A stretch of 63,720 bases of DNA, filler included, from Rozella allomycis CSF55 (taxonomy: Eukaryota): NCBI GenBank assembly GCA_000442015.1. It is 9 parts of 9 records of this genome, joined end to end, with 100 filler letters (N's around TTAATTAATTAA, not from the genome) between each part and the next. Parts side by side here need not be neighbours in the genome. Positions count along the whole stretch, not along the records: positions 62,486 to 63,720 come from KE560994.1; 8 more parts are not named here. One strand, given 5' to 3'. The notes under the pieces were generated by a model. The model did not search any database. It saw only the letters and a program-made list of their open reading frames with translations, and had not been told where the DNA came from. Made by a program: the position numbers and the translations under genes. Below, in pieces: positions 62,487-63,720 of this stretch (position 1 is the first letter of the stretch; each line of letters starts with the position of its first letter).

Positions 62487-63720
62487 ATCATATTTGCTCA
62501 AGAATTTAGTCATCACATTTTGGAAATCGGCAGGTATGTTCTTGAAGCCGAAAGGCGCGCCAATAAAGGTGTAAGGCTTTCCATTCCATGTAAATGTTGT
62601 TTTGACTTGGTCGTCCTCTTTAACTCTGAATTGATGAAATCCCGCTTTCAAGTCTATCTTGGTGAAAACCACAGATCCTTTCATGGCTTCAAGAATCTCT
62701 TTTATCAGCGGTAATGGATNACGGTCGTCGTGATCTGATTGATATGTCTAGGATCAAGGCATGTTCTCCAACCCGTGATATTCCCAGCTACATCCTTCTT
62801 TGCTACAACTAATAAAGACCTATTCCATTCAGAATGTCCGTTCAGTTCCTTAATCAAACCATTTTTCTTCACTTTTCAACTTGTTCTGTTACTATTGGTC
62901 TTAGACGGTGTGCAATTTGATATTGTTTCTTGAAGGCTGGAGGGTTGTTACCTGTATCGATCCTTATAAATGCATTAGGGAGTGTACAAAATCCTTTTAT
63001 GGATTGATTGATCTTTCATAGGGGTTCTAAATAATCTTTCAAATGATCTGCATATGCCTCAGTAAGAAAATCGAAGTAGGTTGAAGGTTGTCTATTTATA
63101 TCTAAGGATGTGATTGATTGTTGAAGGTTTGGTTTTTGACCACTGTATCCCTTCGCTAAAATCTCTTCCTCAACTACTTCTTTCGGCCCCTGCTTTTCAT
63201 GTGGGACATGGACGCGGAGTCCGTCAATAACAATTCCCAACTTGGTCATAGTATCGAGTCCTGGGACGACATTTATGGGAGTGCCATTATTAACGCCCAT
63301 ATCCAGGACCTCGAAAGAGTGTTGGATCTTTTAAATAATCTGCATATGCCTCAGTGAGACACTCAAAGTAGTTTGAAATATGTATATTTTCATCCAAAGA
63401 TTTGATTGTTGATCGAAGGAAGGATTGGTCATGAACCATGATAGTCCTTCCATTCCAATCTCTACTTTGACTACTTCAGGCTTTTGCTCTTTATGGTGAC
63501 TGTGGAATGGACACGGGGTCCCTTAATAATGAATGGCAAGTACAACATAAAATTCATAGGGTGTATATGTCTGATGTCTTTGAGGAAATATGTCCAAAGA
63601 GTTCCGTCAGATGCGTAGTAGCTTAGTTGACGACCATGTCCACATTGTCTCGAGGACGTGTATGTCTCTGTCTAATGACGTTGACAATCTACAGAACGCT
63701 ATCTCACCTGCAACGCTTGT
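62487..63720 (-). mobile_element. Ty3/gypsy protease-RT fragments
   Basis: VFTKIDLKAGFHQF..KTTFTW..APFGFKNIPADFQ, RTCLDPRHIN, EWNRSLLVVAKK, LGIVIDGL. Confidence 0.85.

Noticed and set aside
41781-63720. Fanzor/TnpB-like RNA-guided nuclease in the TE regions
   Set aside because: No RuvC-like motif set or C-terminal Zn ribbon with a DxNAA-type motif was found in any ORF

Overview
AT-rich, very compact eukaryotic genome sequence, most consistent with an early-diverging fungus or Rozella-like endoparasite (inferred from gene content, 24-35 nt GT-AG introns and short intergenic regions; organism not verified). The window is a pseudo-scaffold of nine contigs joined by eight artificial N-TTAATTAATTAA-N linkers. 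Many single-N junctions duplicate short segments, so several apparent repeats are assembly artefacts. Gene-dense blocks (1-21 kb, 27.5-31.6 kb, 34-41 kb, 49-53 kb) contain tRNA-Arg(UCG), a divergent mitochondrial-type S12, a CitE/CLYBL-like lyase, a GT47/exostosin-like glycosyltransferase, VAC14, BAP31, FIT/Scs3, PPCDC, UTP4, trimethyllysine dioxygenase, RIF1, FCF1, TRS33, ALG13, mitochondrial EF-Ts, a CAP protein, a syntaxin, NAD kinase and TAF5, plus several orphan or secreted proteins. The rest is decayed transposon sequence (Ty1/copia, Ty3/gypsy, Mutator-like, Helitron/Helentron-like, a foldback element). Best leads: (1) a putatively secreted LRR protein with six tandem TQT motifs of the dynein light chain LC8-binding type, a candidate host-directed effector; (2) an AGCCACA motif just upstream of several start codons; (3) a Helentron-like element family and a head-to-tail Helitron dimer sharing a CGAGC-nnn-GCGAG terminal motif; (4) a telomere-like repeat cassette flanked by 32-bp inverted repeats; (5) RIF1 with C-terminal PP1-docking motifs; (6) overlapping PPCDC and FIT coding regions.
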